64,000 nucleotides of DNA from Marsupella aquatica (taxonomy: Eukaryota > Plantae > Marchantiophyta), in the NCBI GenBank assembly GCA_973895155.1, contig OZ316891.1, positions 15,407,037 through 15,471,036 on the forward strand, written 5' to 3'. The position numbers and the translations under genes were made by a program. Shown in pieces: positions 24,215 through 36,345 of this stretch (position 1 is the stretch's first letter; each line of letters opens with the position of its first letter). The notes beneath the pieces were generated by a model. It did not search any database. It saw only the letters and a list, made by a program, of their open reading frames with translations, and had not been told where the DNA came from.

Positions 24215-27008
24215 GTGCCGCACTAAACTCCGGTTGATCCAGCATCCATGCATCCAGAAATCAAATCCTCAATCACCAAATCCCGTCACCCGTAGCAATG
24301 TCAATCCCCTGGCCCAAAACGGCCCCCTATCCCAATCAATCAATTAACCTCAATTCCCTCAGAAGCCACTCCGTGCTGCTGCCGCTAATGCCCGGAAGAA
24401 TCATGCCCACAAGCCCCAACAATTGACCATGAGAAAGAGCTTCGAAAATAAGTGTAAGAGCTGGTAGAGAGCTTTCGGCATTGGGGAAATTGCTTTCGGA
24501 AATGAGGGCAGAGTGCTTTCGGCCAAGAAAGGAGTTGCGCGCGCGGAGAAGGAAGCAAAGGAAAAAAAACCAAAGAAAAAAACAAAGGGGAAGGAATTCG
24601 TTCCTCCCCGTTTTACCCCGAGCCAACCTCCATGCGCCTGCCCCCTCGCGGCTGCGCCTGCCTCCTTGCTCCTGCCCGTGGCTGCCACCTGCGCCGACCT
24701 CCCGGCTACCGGGAGCATTTAATGCCCCTCCCGGCCCCGTCACACAGCCCTATGCAGGGCGCGTTTCCTCGCCCCGGCAGCTCCCCCTCGTTTTTTTCTT
24801 TGCAATTCCCATCGTGCTCGCGGGAGGGCATTATGGTCCCCCCCCCTCACTACTCTGCTCGCGGGAGGGCGCGTTGCCTCCTTACTCCCGGCTTGCCCCC
24901 GGTCTTCGTGCCCTATTGCCTTGGGTTCTGTTGGTGGGCTCGCGGCCCTATGCAGGGCTCGCTCCCTCCTTGCGGTACCCCTTTTACTCGCGGAGCCCCG
25001 ACAGCCCATTTTCTCCCCCTCACGGCTGCGCCTTGCCTTGCGCCCCGACAACCCTTTTTCTCCCCCTCGCGGCCCTATGCAAGTCTCGCGGCCCTCTCCT
25101 CCGTTCACTCGCGGGGCCCTTTTAATTGGGCTCCTTAAGAGGGGTTTAATCCCCCGTCCCAACTCCTTCTCGCCATGCGCCCCGGCTGCCCCGCGCCCCG
25201 GCTGACCTTATGGAGATGCTAGGTGGCGTCCACAGGGGCTGCCCCTTATGGACCCCCTTAAGGTTTCCACGTGTCGCCTCCAGGGGTGCTCCCTATGGGC
25301 ACCCCCTATTCCTCGCCCCTTTACTCCAAAAACTTTTAATTTCTCAAAAGAACACATTCTCTTCTTTTGGCCCTTGTTGTGGTTATACCCATTTAACCCC
25401 AAAAAGAAAAGTTAACCTCTTGGACTTATAGGGGAAACTTGACAATGGTTCAAGCGAAATGGCCAGGCCACCTCTTTGCCCCCCCTCCTAGGTTGTCGTG
25501 ACCGTTTAGAACAATTCTGAGAAAAATAAAGTAAAGTCCTCCTGGTAGCACCAACTTGAAAGGACGGAATTAACTCAAAAATTAAAAAACTGCTTATTTA
25601 CAGTGGTTATTTACATAACACAACCCAGTAAACAATTATTGAGGATTTTCGGTGACGGGAACCCCGTTACAAAAGTTATCGTTCGGCATGCAGAATCTTT
25701 ATCGGACGACCAAAAAACAACTCTCTATTTTTTGGGAATATTCTCGCACAGTCCGACAAGTCTCACAGGGGGCCGTTCCCCCTGTTGGAACGGTTAAAAT
25801 AGAGGGCGGCAGGTCCCGGCACAAGGAGAACAAAGGGGAGGAAAAAATGGCTTTAAAAAGGTGTCTTAAAGGGGGTGCTAAGCCCCTTAGACCTTAAATA
25901 CCCCGTAAAGAGCCGGGTATACGTCGACAAGGGGTATAAGGGGCCGCAAAGGGGGTGACACGCGGCCAGCTACGGCTGCATACGCAGCCAGATACGGGAT
26001 AGGGGGCGAAAAAATGCCGTGCGCCGGGGAGGGGCACCGGCAGGAGGCAGGGCAGGGCGCAAGGAGGTGGCAGGGCCGGCAGCCTGAGGCGAGGAGCGCA
26101 GGAGCCCAAAAAAAATTTGGACAATACTGTGCGAGTCGGCCCGGGGTTGGGACGGCTATTATTGCGCCGGTCGGCGCTGCGTAGTAGGCCACGATGTTGA
26201 GTGTGCGAGGAGGGGGATGGCGGGAGGTACGTACGAGGGAAGGGGGCGGAAACGTGTGTATACACACGAAAAAAGTGCCCTTAAAGTAACCAAAAAATAA
26301 TAATGCTATTTTCAAAGAAAAAAGCCGGTTACACACCTAAATCGCCGCTATTTTAAACAAGAAAACAACGAGTTACCGATGGGATATGTTGCCGAATCAC
26401 ACCAGCGCCGTCTACAACTCTAGTACTGTAAAAGCTCTCCGTCGCATCATCTTCACTCCGCGTCAAGTGCCAATCCCGGGCTCAAAACAACCGCCTTGCC
26501 GCGATCAAATTGTTGAGCCGTACCACTTCGCGTTTCTTCCATTGAGTTGGACGCCACGAAGAGAAATCCGGTTCAGATGGGAACAAGCTCCATAGCTTGT
26601 GAAAAAACCTGAACGCCTCCGTCACTCGTCACGTCGCACTCGGTAACAACTCGACAGCAATCCAGCTATCGGAATGAATAGCTCGCTTCAACCTTCAACT
26701 TGAGCTATAATGTGCGATCCCTCCCGCACCGCACAACTCACACCTTTGAAAAATGCAATCTGGTCTCTCCCCCGAAAACCCGTCAAACACGAATAAAACC
26801 TGAACGACGCAAACTTTGATTCCTCCGCACCATGGATACCGATTAGCGAGTTCTAACCACCGTTAGAGAGCCCTCTCACTAACCTATTTGCTCAGCCACA
26901 CACATTTGAGTTTCATGCGACAAAACTCCGAATGTAACACCAACAATGAATGCTGGAAAACTGTCACGAATAAACCTTGTCTCCTCCCAGGTATGCTCTG
27001 ATACCACT

Positions 27009-27352
27009 TGTTGAGCATAGACGATATTTGCAATGGCAAGCCCATGAACCATCCAACGCACAATAGTCGACACAGAGAGATACGTGGTTCACCTCCACAT
27101 GAGGCTACGTCCACAGGAACACACAAGAGCTTTACTGCACTCTAGGCCGAACGGCCATACCAAGCATCCACAACACAAGCTCTCCCTATCTCTCAACTAG
27201 CTCCGTAACAATGAGCCTAAGTTCCACGAGGGTCTGGCATCAGCCCTGGCTTAATACACTACAGCACTACCGCTAACATTAGTTAAGTCCTAACCTGAGT
27301 TAGACTAACTGTGGTTAGCTCATGAGTCACAAGACTAGAACAATATCTAACA
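27009..27352 (-). repeat. Copia A 5' LTR (344 bp)
   Basis: tgttgagc..tctaaca next to the iMet PBS. The same family recurs at 63438-64000. Confidence 0.92.
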
Positions 27353-27609
27353 TCAAGTTAGTGTCTCCACCACCACCTCTGCTCTGAAAGGTAGGCAACC
27401 ACTACCATCTTTATCATGGATTTGTAAAGGTGACAAAACTAAAGTCCCTTGATTGTTCAGATTCTCAATCATAAACAATGCCTCATCTCCAATTGAAATT
27501 ACTGAAGTGAGAAAATTGCTGTAGGATCGACTAGTGGTAGACGAAGCTCTCTGCAAAACAAAAGGTGCTACTGCTTGAACTGGACTATGTCTGATATAGC
27601 ATGGTCATC

Positions 27610-27668
27610 ATTCAAATTTGCAATGTCCCTTCAAATTTGCAATGTCCCTTCAAATTTGCAATGTCCCT
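27610..27668. repeat. 19-bp minisatellite, 3 copies
   Basis: (ttcaaatttgcaatgtccc)3. Confidence 0.9.
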
Positions 27669-27905
27669 AACACGACAAACATATAAAAATCTAACCAAAG
27701 ACAATGAATAAAAAAAAAGAACATTGAATTCCATGTGAACTAAAATAAAGTGCACAGTGAGCAAGAAAGTATCCAGACAAAGAAAATGGGGAGGGTCTCT
27801 ATCAATACACTAGGGTCAAGGAGACTTCCCTTTATAAACTAAGTAAGAAGTGTGAACCAATCCTAGCTCTTCATTAAAATATTGTTTTTCTTGCACTATT
27901 AGATC

Positions 27906-28196
27906 TGGTGGGGATAATCCATATCCCGAGACACCATGCACATGTAAACACTACACAAAATAGTCGACACAACGAGTACGTGGTTCACCTCTCGACTGAG
28001 GCTACGTCCACGGGAAAGCAAGAGACTTTTACTTCTCTCTTGCCCAACTCCAACATTGAACTGAAGATCCACTAGGGGCTAGCATCAGCCCTGGTTATAT
28101 ACAGCATGCATCATTGTTAACCTTAGTTAAGTCCTAATCAAGTTAGCCTAACTACAGTTAACCCTAGAGTCACAAGACTAAGAACAATACTCAACA
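27906..28196 (-). mobile_element. Solo LTR related to the Copia A LTR
   Basis: TG..CA ends, AGATC on both sides (27901-27905, 28197-28201). Shares tagtcgacaca, tacgtggttcacct, gaggctacgtccac and gagtcacaagacta with the Copia A LTR. Confidence 0.88.
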
Positions 28197-28239
28197 AGAT
28201 CCATCCATACCCCTTTAATCTTGAATTTGACCATAGCAT

Positions 28240-28906
28240 GCCCAAACCTTACCAAGATGAAAAATTCATGATAAAATTTAAATTAAAAAAACTGGATATT
28301 AGCTTAATTTTTTTGAGAAAACTGGAGTATTATTTATTATCACTTGGTTGTGCTTGGACTCTAGGATGCAATGGCAGTTATGTGGCTTCTCCAATTTCTA
28401 TGTGCAACGCATGGGTTATTGAACATCATCACAACAACTTTACTTTGCTTTGACATTTTTTATTTTTTTCACATTGATGTCTTTATCTCACTATGACCAT
28501 GGTTTCTATTTTCTCGCCTTCAACATTTTTTCTAACCTTTACATCTTTTATTTATCTTTACAATTTTTTCTCATTTCATGTCTTTTCTCACCTCAACATC
28601 TTACCTTTTTCTTATTTTGACATTTGTATCATTCTCAACATAATATCTTTTCTCATCTCAACATTTTACCTTTTTCTTACCTTGATGTTTGTATTTCAAC
28701 ATAACATCTTTTTTTCACTTAGACATCTTTTATTGATTTATATATTTTTCCTCTACAGGACATTTCTTTTTCTCATGACATCTTTTTTCACCTTAATTTA
28801 TTTTCCTTATTTTTGACATTGTTTTCTCTCATTCACATCTTTTAGTCACCTCCACATACTTTTTCACTTCAACATCTTTTGTGCAACCGCATGGGCATAG
28901 GGCTAG
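28240..28906 (+). mobile_element. Probable non-autonomous Helitron remnant (3' end; 5' limit uncertain)
   Basis: gtgcaaccgcatgggcatagggCTAG followed by T resembles the plant Helitron 3' hairpin plus CTAG. A similar gtgcaacgcatggg lies near 28402, with a T-rich low-complexity body between. Confidence 0.45.
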
Positions 28907-29311
28907 TTATTTATATAGAGTACTCGCGACTTGGGTAAGTTTGGTTCCGTACCGAATTTACGAAAATGGAGTGCGGTAACTTTTAGAAGCTGGAATGCAA
29001 TCGTACATTATGGACAGATCGCAGATTGGGCAGCAGCTGGCCCTTGGCCCGTCGCTTGTAGTCGGCAAAGGGTCACATCTGCTGTTCTCTCCAACGTGTT
29101 CCTCGTCTGTCGATTCCTCATTTCCTCCGCCCGTGCTCGTCCCTGCTCTATTTCTCGTTGGTGAACGATGCTGCCATTAATAACGCCTTGGTTTTTCAAA
29201 GCCATCATTCATCCGTGTTCTTTCGCTCCCATGCTGTTCGGAAGGAAGGACTGTCTAATTTGCCCGGATAAGCAGTTTGGCAACCGATTCACGTGTGAGT
29301 TCGAAATAACT

Positions 29312-29315
<4 letters not shown>

Positions 29316-29350
<35 letters not shown>
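29316..29350. repeat. (GA)n microsatellite
   Basis: Run of about 17 GA units. Confidence 0.95.
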
Positions 29351-29351
<1 letters not shown>

Positions 29352-30496
29352 ATGCCTCGGATACCCCTGATTAATCAGAATCCCGAATCTATTGTTCCAT
29401 ATCGATGTGAACGAGTTTCTTGATTGATCTTCTTGCCCTCAGCGGTGGCAGTTTGCCGAAGAGTAAGTCATGTCGCTCTCCCGGCCGATGCAGTTGGCCG
29501 TTGGACGGAAAAAGATAGACCTGATTGATTGAACGAATGAATACCCTGATGTCGTCTGTCATCCTCTCCAACTTTATCTTTGCGGAATCCGTAGTGCAAA
29601 CGCAAGGGGTAACGCACTAACGCAGTCACGGCTCACCTCTAATTGGGTCCTCCCAACAAATTAATGCTACTAAGCCTGCACTTCCAGCAAAGCCACTCTG
29701 CCAAGAAGATCCGAGATTTACAAGCTCGCGAAGATTACCGGGGCTTCCACAATTACTGTAGCTGAGAGCTGAGAGCTGACGCTAGCTCATTGGATGTCAG
29801 CTCTTTCTGTGACGTTCGTTGCCCCTCAAGAGAATCATTTCAGTGACTGCAGACTGGCAGGTTTTAGTTTTAAAAATTGGCCACTTTTTCTATGCCTCCC
29901 TGTGCTGGGCCTACCATCTCAATTCATGACTACAGTAACTTTCCATCACTTCAGCGGGTTCACCATCAAGCGCTCCAGGTCAATGAGCATAGTCAATTCT
30001 GCAATCGAGGTCCTTTCGGTCTTACGGCATGATTCTACGGCCATAGCTGTCGGGAACTTTTGGAAAATCTGATTCCAATTTCTTTTTTTGATAGAGTCTG
30101 CATTTTACATCATTGTTTCGTCTCATCTTGTCTAACCTATATCCCCTGTCTCAGGATCAAAGCACAGTTTCATATGCTCACTGTTCCCTCCAATGCTTCC
30201 GTATGCTGCTAGCTTTCGACGGGTCTGGTTTCCAACAATTCCATCAACTCGATTCAATTCCGTGTCTGTCCGTTTCTCTTTCTCGTCTATCCAATTAGTC
30301 CCTCTTCGACATAAGATTCACTCATTCATTCGTTCGTTCTCTCGTTCCTTTTGTCTTGAACGGAAATGAGGAAGTACACTTAGTAGACTCTCCCCACCCC
30401 AATAGTGACATACATTCATTCGTCTTAGTCGTTGCTAAGTTGAGGTATATCCTGCTTGACGGTGAAGGTTAGGAGGTACGGGATTGGTGTCCAACA

Positions 30497-31750
30497 ATGG
30501 CGTTCAAGCGATCTCACTTTGAGGTGAACTCAACCATGGCCAATGCTGAGATGAACCCAAAAATATGGAGTCTCTTGCCAGAGCAATTGATAGAGAAGGT
30601 GCTGTCCCGGTTGCCGTTCCATACCTTCGTGACGATGCGGTGCGTGTGCAAGGGGTGGAATGCCCTCATTCTGACGGGGACCTGCCCTCCTCTGAATCCA
30701 AACCCCAAGACCGTCATCCTCTGTACAACCCCTGGTAAATTGTTTCTCACATCGATCCCCTCTCGGCGCAGCCTAGCTCTCCCTTTCCTCCCCAACTCTG
30801 CTCGCAGCGATATGGAGCTGGTTGCCACTCGCAAAGGTCTCCTCTGTCTCGGCAAAGCCTTCACACGCGATCTCATCGTCTGCAATCCCATGACTCAGTG
30901 CTGGAAGAATCTGCCGAGCATTTCTGACCACCGGATTGCCGGACGTGGGTTTTGGTCCGTGGCAGGCTTGTGCTATGACTCCCACCGGAGAACTTTTAAG
31001 GTCTTTGCTGTTTTCTTTGGTAAGGTGGGCGAGACCTCGAATTATGAGCTCCGGTGTACAAAGATCTACAACTCTACCTCTGACTCCTGGACCCTGATTT
31101 TACAGGATGGACCAAGACCAATTGTGGTAGGTCCGGTGACACTGAAGAAGAACTTTAAAGACAAAAGCTTCTTCCATGGTAAATTCCTCTACGTCATGGA
31201 TTCGGACGCCAACGACCAAGTCGCCGGACATGTGGTGCTAATATTTTCCTTGGAAAAGTTGTCATGGGTTAAGCTCAGTGTGGAGGATTTCACCGCAAAC
31301 CACCGTCCTGCATATCTGGTTTGCTGCAAGGGTCGAATCTATCTAGTGGCCGAAGAAGAGCCGACTGTATTCGGATTTGGGACGATTGGAATCTGGGAGC
31401 TGGATGTTTATGGGGGAACTGCCGCCTTGTGGAGCCTTGAGGATTCTTCTGAGACAGAGAAGTGCCTCTGGTTGAAAATGAAGACTATCTATCCTGGCAC
31501 TCTGGTTTCCAAGAACTGCAAAAGTGAAAACTTTCGATGGAGTTGCTTGAGCAGAGAGGATAAATTCTGCTTCTTGGTTACCCAGTCGAATCCAGGTGGA
31601 TCAGGAAGAAACCCAGTGACCGAGGTGGTGGAGTACGACCTGTCCAATGAGTCGTGGGCGCAACGATGGTTAGAAATTCATGATGTGCCAGATGCCGAAT
31701 TTTGTTCATTTCAGCCCTCCATTATTTCGATTGCTGAACCACGCGTTTAA
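30497..31750 (+). CDS. F-box protein with kelch/FBA-like beta-rich C-terminus (intronless, 417 aa)
   Basis: WSLLPEQLIEKVLSRLP...MRCVCKGWNAL F-box; GLLCL..LIVCNPMTQCWKNLP and IYNSTSDSW motifs. Confidence 0.93.
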   Translation: MAFKRSHFEVNSTMANAEMNPKIWSLLPEQLIEKVLSRLPFHTFVTMRCVCKGWNALILTGTCPPLNPNPKTVILCTTPGKLFLTSIPSRRSLALPFLPNSARSDMELVATRKGLLCLGKAFTRDLIVCNPMTQCWKNLPSISDHRIAGRGFWSVAGLCYDSHRRTFKVFAVFFGKVGETSNYELRCTKIYNSTSDSWTLILQDGPRPIVVGPVTLKKNFKDKSFFHGKFLYVMDSDANDQVAGHVVLIFSLEKLSWVKLSVEDFTANHRPAYLVCCKGRIYLVAEEEPTVFGFGTIGIWELDVYGGTAALWSLEDSSETEKCLWLKMKTIYPGTLVSKNCKSENFRWSCLSREDKFCFLVTQSNPGGSGRNPVTEVVEYDLSNESWAQRWLEIHDVPDAEFCSFQPSIISIAEPRV

Positions 31751-33633
31751 CATCCTTCCCTACATCAGAGGGAGGTTACAGTATTCGCATCACTTCATCA
31801 TCGCATGCATTCGAATCCTCTGGAAGCATCAAGGGAACTGAGATGGGCTATACAGGAGAAAGCAAATGTACTCCGATTGACGCTGGACCACCTGAAGCTC
31901 TGAAGGCTTTTCTGTCATCCAAAGAGAGCAAGTTTCTCTCCGACGATGGATGTGATTCGTTGCAGCGATCGGTTAACGACAGTCAGAAGTCTAGAACAGA
32001 AGCCCGGTGGTCTTGTTGTCCGCAATGTGCCGATAAGGAAGGAATAAGTGCGATTCACGGATGCAACTTTGGACAGGTAAGCAACCGTTTTAATTCAGCA
32101 ATCAGATCAGTGTTTCTGCAGTTTTCTACTCGTTGAGGTATACAGCGGATTGTGGGGTCAACAGATGATTGTGTTCTATGGCAGGGATTTCGACCACGGT
32201 TTCCGGACTTTGGAGTCCTGATCTGCCATTTTTGCATCAGCTACCTCATCGGTACTCACAATGCGGACAAGACGGAAGTCAAGTTCTGATCAAGACTGCA
32301 TTAGGGAAGTAATCTTACGATGTCAGACTGTCTACAGCGAAATCCCGATGCAGAATCGAAAGGGCAGGACCCTTTTCCCTCCAACGCGTCACTAATTTCT
32401 GGTTGAAGTTGTGGATGTTAAATCATGCAAGGTGCCCTTCAAATTTGGAAGGAGGACTGCGGCGAGTATCAAAGCACGTTATCGGACTATAAACCGCAGT
32501 AACCCGTAATGAAGAGAACACCCATACAGCAGTTGCCGGTTGGCCAGGAATTTACCTTAGGCAGTTTAACGGAGTAGTCTGAGCTCGTGCACTTATTTGT
32601 GGCAGCCATATGATGATTACATTATGAGGTAGAGGTGCTCAAGAAGGTGCGGAAAGCTAATGAAACCCACCGGCATACCACGGCGATGTCGAGGACTCCA
32701 TCAATCCGTGAGTTATGTCTCTGCCGCCTAATCTTAGTCCAGCAACCGTGGGACTCGAGTAAAATGTACCACTGTACAGCTGAATGTTGAGATGGCTGCA
32801 CTTTCTTCGTTAGATATCCAAATGGTTTTCACTTGCTTTTGAGAAAATCTACTAGTTACTGCTGTAGGTCCTGCTCTATACTAAAAGATGCATTTTTTCT
32901 CGTTGTACATAACTTGGTCTATGTGTTTTGAGTGTCCAGGGTGGTCCGCAGATGTCTATAAAATAATCCGTCGTGAAACGCTAAAATGCACTTCACAGGA
33001 AAGAGTTTAAAGACATCTAGAAATCACAACATGCTTTGGTGAATTCATTGCGGAAAGTAAATCCAAGCTCTGGCAATTGATCTAAGAAGCAAATGGACGA
33101 ACGCTTTTCACCAATACAAGGATACAAAAAGATCTGAAACAGCTAATGTCACTAATTGCAGGAGTGTAATTCCAGTGTGATTAGAGTAGAAGCATGTGAG
33201 CATGAACCACGCCGCTAAGAGGCAAGTACATCAAAAAGTCATTGAGGCCAGAGTTCACCAATACCACACCTAACCCTATCCTCCAACAATTTGACATCAA
33301 AATTTTATGACGCAATTCGCTGACACTGGGAAAGACTGCAGCAAGAATTCCTGTTGTAAATCAACAACTTCGCAATTCGCGATAAGGATGTCCATGAGAT
33401 GTCACGAAGTCCAATTCCCAATTATTGGCCGTTGCACCAAATTCTATGCAATTAATGACATTGGTTACGGCTGAGATGTTTACCGATTGGTATATGAAAG
33501 TCACTCCACAAATCTGAGATCCAGTGTTAGATTTGGTGTCCACAACGAATGCACATGACCCTCACCATTCAGGGGCTTTCCCGAGCACCCTACCAATTCA
33601 GTTTGTTTCGAACCACTTCGCACTCATTAGTTA

Positions 33634-35263
33634 CTATTCTACTTTCTTGGGAGTCTTTGCTTTTTTCAACTTGTATAGAACCAGTCGTGCAATTTTGTAG
33701 AACCAGAAGACGCTCACCACCTGAATACCCACTGCTCCAAACTACAAAACACAAACAGGACAGGTGCTCAGAGCTGGATGGACAACAGGACGGGCCAGCT
33801 GGCAGCGGCTTCGTTCTTAACAAGGTGCATATTGCAGTTGTCTTCCAAATTGACGTGTGGCAATATACATGCAAAGGGTAAAGCTCCACTACAAAGACAA
33901 GAGGAAGTTCACCTCTCAGAAATTGACGTTCTAGTTTAGCAGCTACATTCAGCCATACAAATCAAAAGCAGACACGGTGCACAGAGGTGATAAATACCTT
34001 CACAGCAAACGGACTCTGAGCAGTCAGAGTACTGTGAACGACATAGGGTCCAACCAAAAGTCTCGCAAAAGTGAACACGAATACGAATGATAGCTGCAAG
34101 GTGCAAGCAACAGTTGCCAGATTCTCCATTAGAAAAGAAAGAAACACACCCTGCATGTAATCATCCAGTTCTTTCGGGACAAACATCGTTGTAAACTTGC
34201 AAAGGAAAGAATATCTTCAAGCTTACATCATTTATCATATTAAGAGGTGTGTCTTTCACCCGAAACTCTTTTAGGAGCTCCCGAGCATGCATGAATGGGT
34301 TCGAAAGCTCCATCAACCAAAGACAGGCCACGAGCTCTGGCCCGCACTACACAAGAATGAATTAAACAGAGACAACGAGAGCAATTAATGTGCCGACCTT
34401 CTCCACAGCACAACACCAAATCCTAGATTTGTTAGATTCAAAACTTTTCTCTCTGGTGCTATTTGGCAAATATTCTACTCAAATAAAAAAAGATTTCCTA
34501 GTGTAGGATCGACTAACAAGCTTTGAAACCAAGGAATCAATAAACGGGAAGTTTGAGTATCATATTTGTAACTCTACTTACTGTGGCCGTATAATATCCA
34601 TATGCCAGCCCCAGAATTGTGATCAAATGATGAACTGCGTTTGAATAATCGATAGGAACATCGAAAAGGCAGCAAAAGAAGTCATAAATGAAGTATGAGA
34701 GACTGACTGTAATTGCTCGCATCTGCGCAGATTTAATTGCAAACATTAAAAGACTTCGTACACGTTCCTACCAAAAAGTCTACACACGGTAAACAGCAGA
34801 GCAGATCGGCAGACCTGATACGGAACGAACAAGTTCTATAAAATTCGCCAGTAAAATCAAAAAGATAAAATGACAACAAAGGCAAGCAGAGGTTGACTAT
34901 TTCGGAAGGTATTCCACTTTCCTCCATTCCACCTGCCCTCCATTCGTGGTCAAACTTCCTGACGAGAAGTGGGTTTAAACAGAAGTGCAAAGCATCACTC
35001 ACCTGAAGAGGGGAGGACGGACCTCCGATGCCATCCAACGGGCGTGCCCAGTCTTTCACCGAGGCCATACAAAGGTATACAGCTACGAAAACGTGAACCA
35101 TGGATATGCATCGGTTGCAAAAATCCCAGGATTGTTTCTTCAGCAGCAACCGCATCATCGCAAAGCCCGCGCCCCAAGCTACGATGCCCACCAGCAACCG
35201 CACTATCGCAAAGTCCGCGCTCCATGCTACAATGCCCACCAGCAACCGCAGCGTGTCCGCCAT
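33634..35263 (-). CDS. TLC-domain (TRAM/LAG1/CLN8) membrane protein, TMEM136/TLCD5-like; 5 exons
   Basis: Approximate exons 35263-35003, 34722-34582, 34346-34227, 34093-33998, 33741-33634. Motifs DFCNRCISMVH, SLSYFIYD, HHL, ELSNPFMHARELLKE, FTFARL, SVFWFYKI. Confidence 0.9.
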
Positions 35264-36000
35264 CGCTTGCGCTGCTCTGACTATGCAGAAGGAAGCAATG
35301 CGATGCGAGAACTTTTGTGTCTCAGAAATCAATGACAGTCGACTTAGTCAATTGAAGCGCATTCCCTCTCTTCTTCTCTTGCTAATATGACTCCGGCTCC
35401 ACATCATCATTCGTTCATTCATTCATTCTCGGCGAGGCGAGCCAAGGAAGAAGAAGCCGTCCTCGGATTATCCTGCGCTCCGCTGCTTTCTTACGTGCTT
35501 TTCTTCTTCCTTTGTTGCTCGTGTGTGCTTCCTCACTATCAAAATCCTGAAGTGCGATTCCGATGCAGCTGAGCCAGCCCGCCCGGCCTCAGACTTGCAA
35601 CGCACTGCACTGCATTGGATCCCGAACAGCAGAATAAATGTCAGGTTAGAGATTTTGCAGGTCCTGTATCGCAAAGCGCAGCCTCTGCTCCGATCTTCCT
35701 CTGCAAAAATCTTCTGCTAGCGCTACTGAATCTCGTGAGCCCGCTAAACCTTAGGGGCGAGGGCAATGTCGTACTCTACTGTCAGCGACCACCTCTTTGG
35801 ATCTCCCGTCAGTACATCCTTGTGGACTCTTCGAAATTCACTCGCAAGAATCAAGACAATCATGTGAATTCACCACCTTCATATCATATCATACTAGCTC
35901 AATACCACTCAATACCAGTGCATTGTACAAAATACCAGTGCATTGTACAAAAGAGTTATTCCATAAACAATGACCTCAAGATGTTGGGGGGCAAGTCAGG

Positions 36001-36345
36001 CTATGTTTGGCTGCTGTCATGTCAGGTTGCGCTTGCATCATCATTTTGGCAGCTCTCGTCGACCAACTGAACCTCTCGCACTCGTAATTCCTGTCAGAAA
36101 GAAAGGTTACCAGTGTGTAGTCTTTTTTACTATGTGCTACCATTTCCATAACCATGCCCAGAACGTCTTACCTCGTAATCTTTTTTCCAGACAGGTACTA
36201 AGTATGATAATGACTCTTTGGGCTGGGGTTCTAGTCTGAAACCTCTTCCCACAAAGCTCAGAAAAACTTCCGGGCTGCCACCAGTCAGCATATCCTCACT
36301 TTCTGGTCATAGGTTACAGACTAGTAACTCCAGACCAAACTGTCA
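36001..36345. mobile_element. MITE-like repeat with GTTTGG..CCAAAC ends (PIF/Harbinger-Tourist-like)
   Basis: gtttgg at 36005 and ccaaac at 36335-36340. 36100-36340 is clearly similar to 44400-44654 plus 46897-46943. Confidence 0.6.

Larger units (their letters stand above)
2458..27352 (-). mobile_element. Decayed Ty1/Copia LTR retrotransposon A (host of nested insertions; 3' LTR not seen)
   Basis: 5' LTR 27009-27352 (TG..CA). PBS TGGTATCAGAGC at 26995-27006. gag start MARFGGVKFEVEKYDG near 20440. RT N-part at ~19621-20098, and RT C-part plus RNase H at 2458-3405. The two RT halves rejoin as YVDDMLIV-AKDQSEV once 3406-19620 and one CACAA are removed. Confidence 0.85.

Noticed and set aside
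24336-26336. Several 100-214 aa ORFs on both strands
   Set aside because: GC-rich low-complexity leader sequence; overlapping P/R/A-rich frames with no recognisable domain.
28493-28816. 107-aa hydrophobic ORF (also 43634-43867)
   Set aside because: Translation of T-rich low-complexity DNA, not a credible membrane protein.
31843-32237. Short ORFs downstream of the F-box gene
   Set aside because: No recognisable motif; more likely 3' UTR or intergenic.
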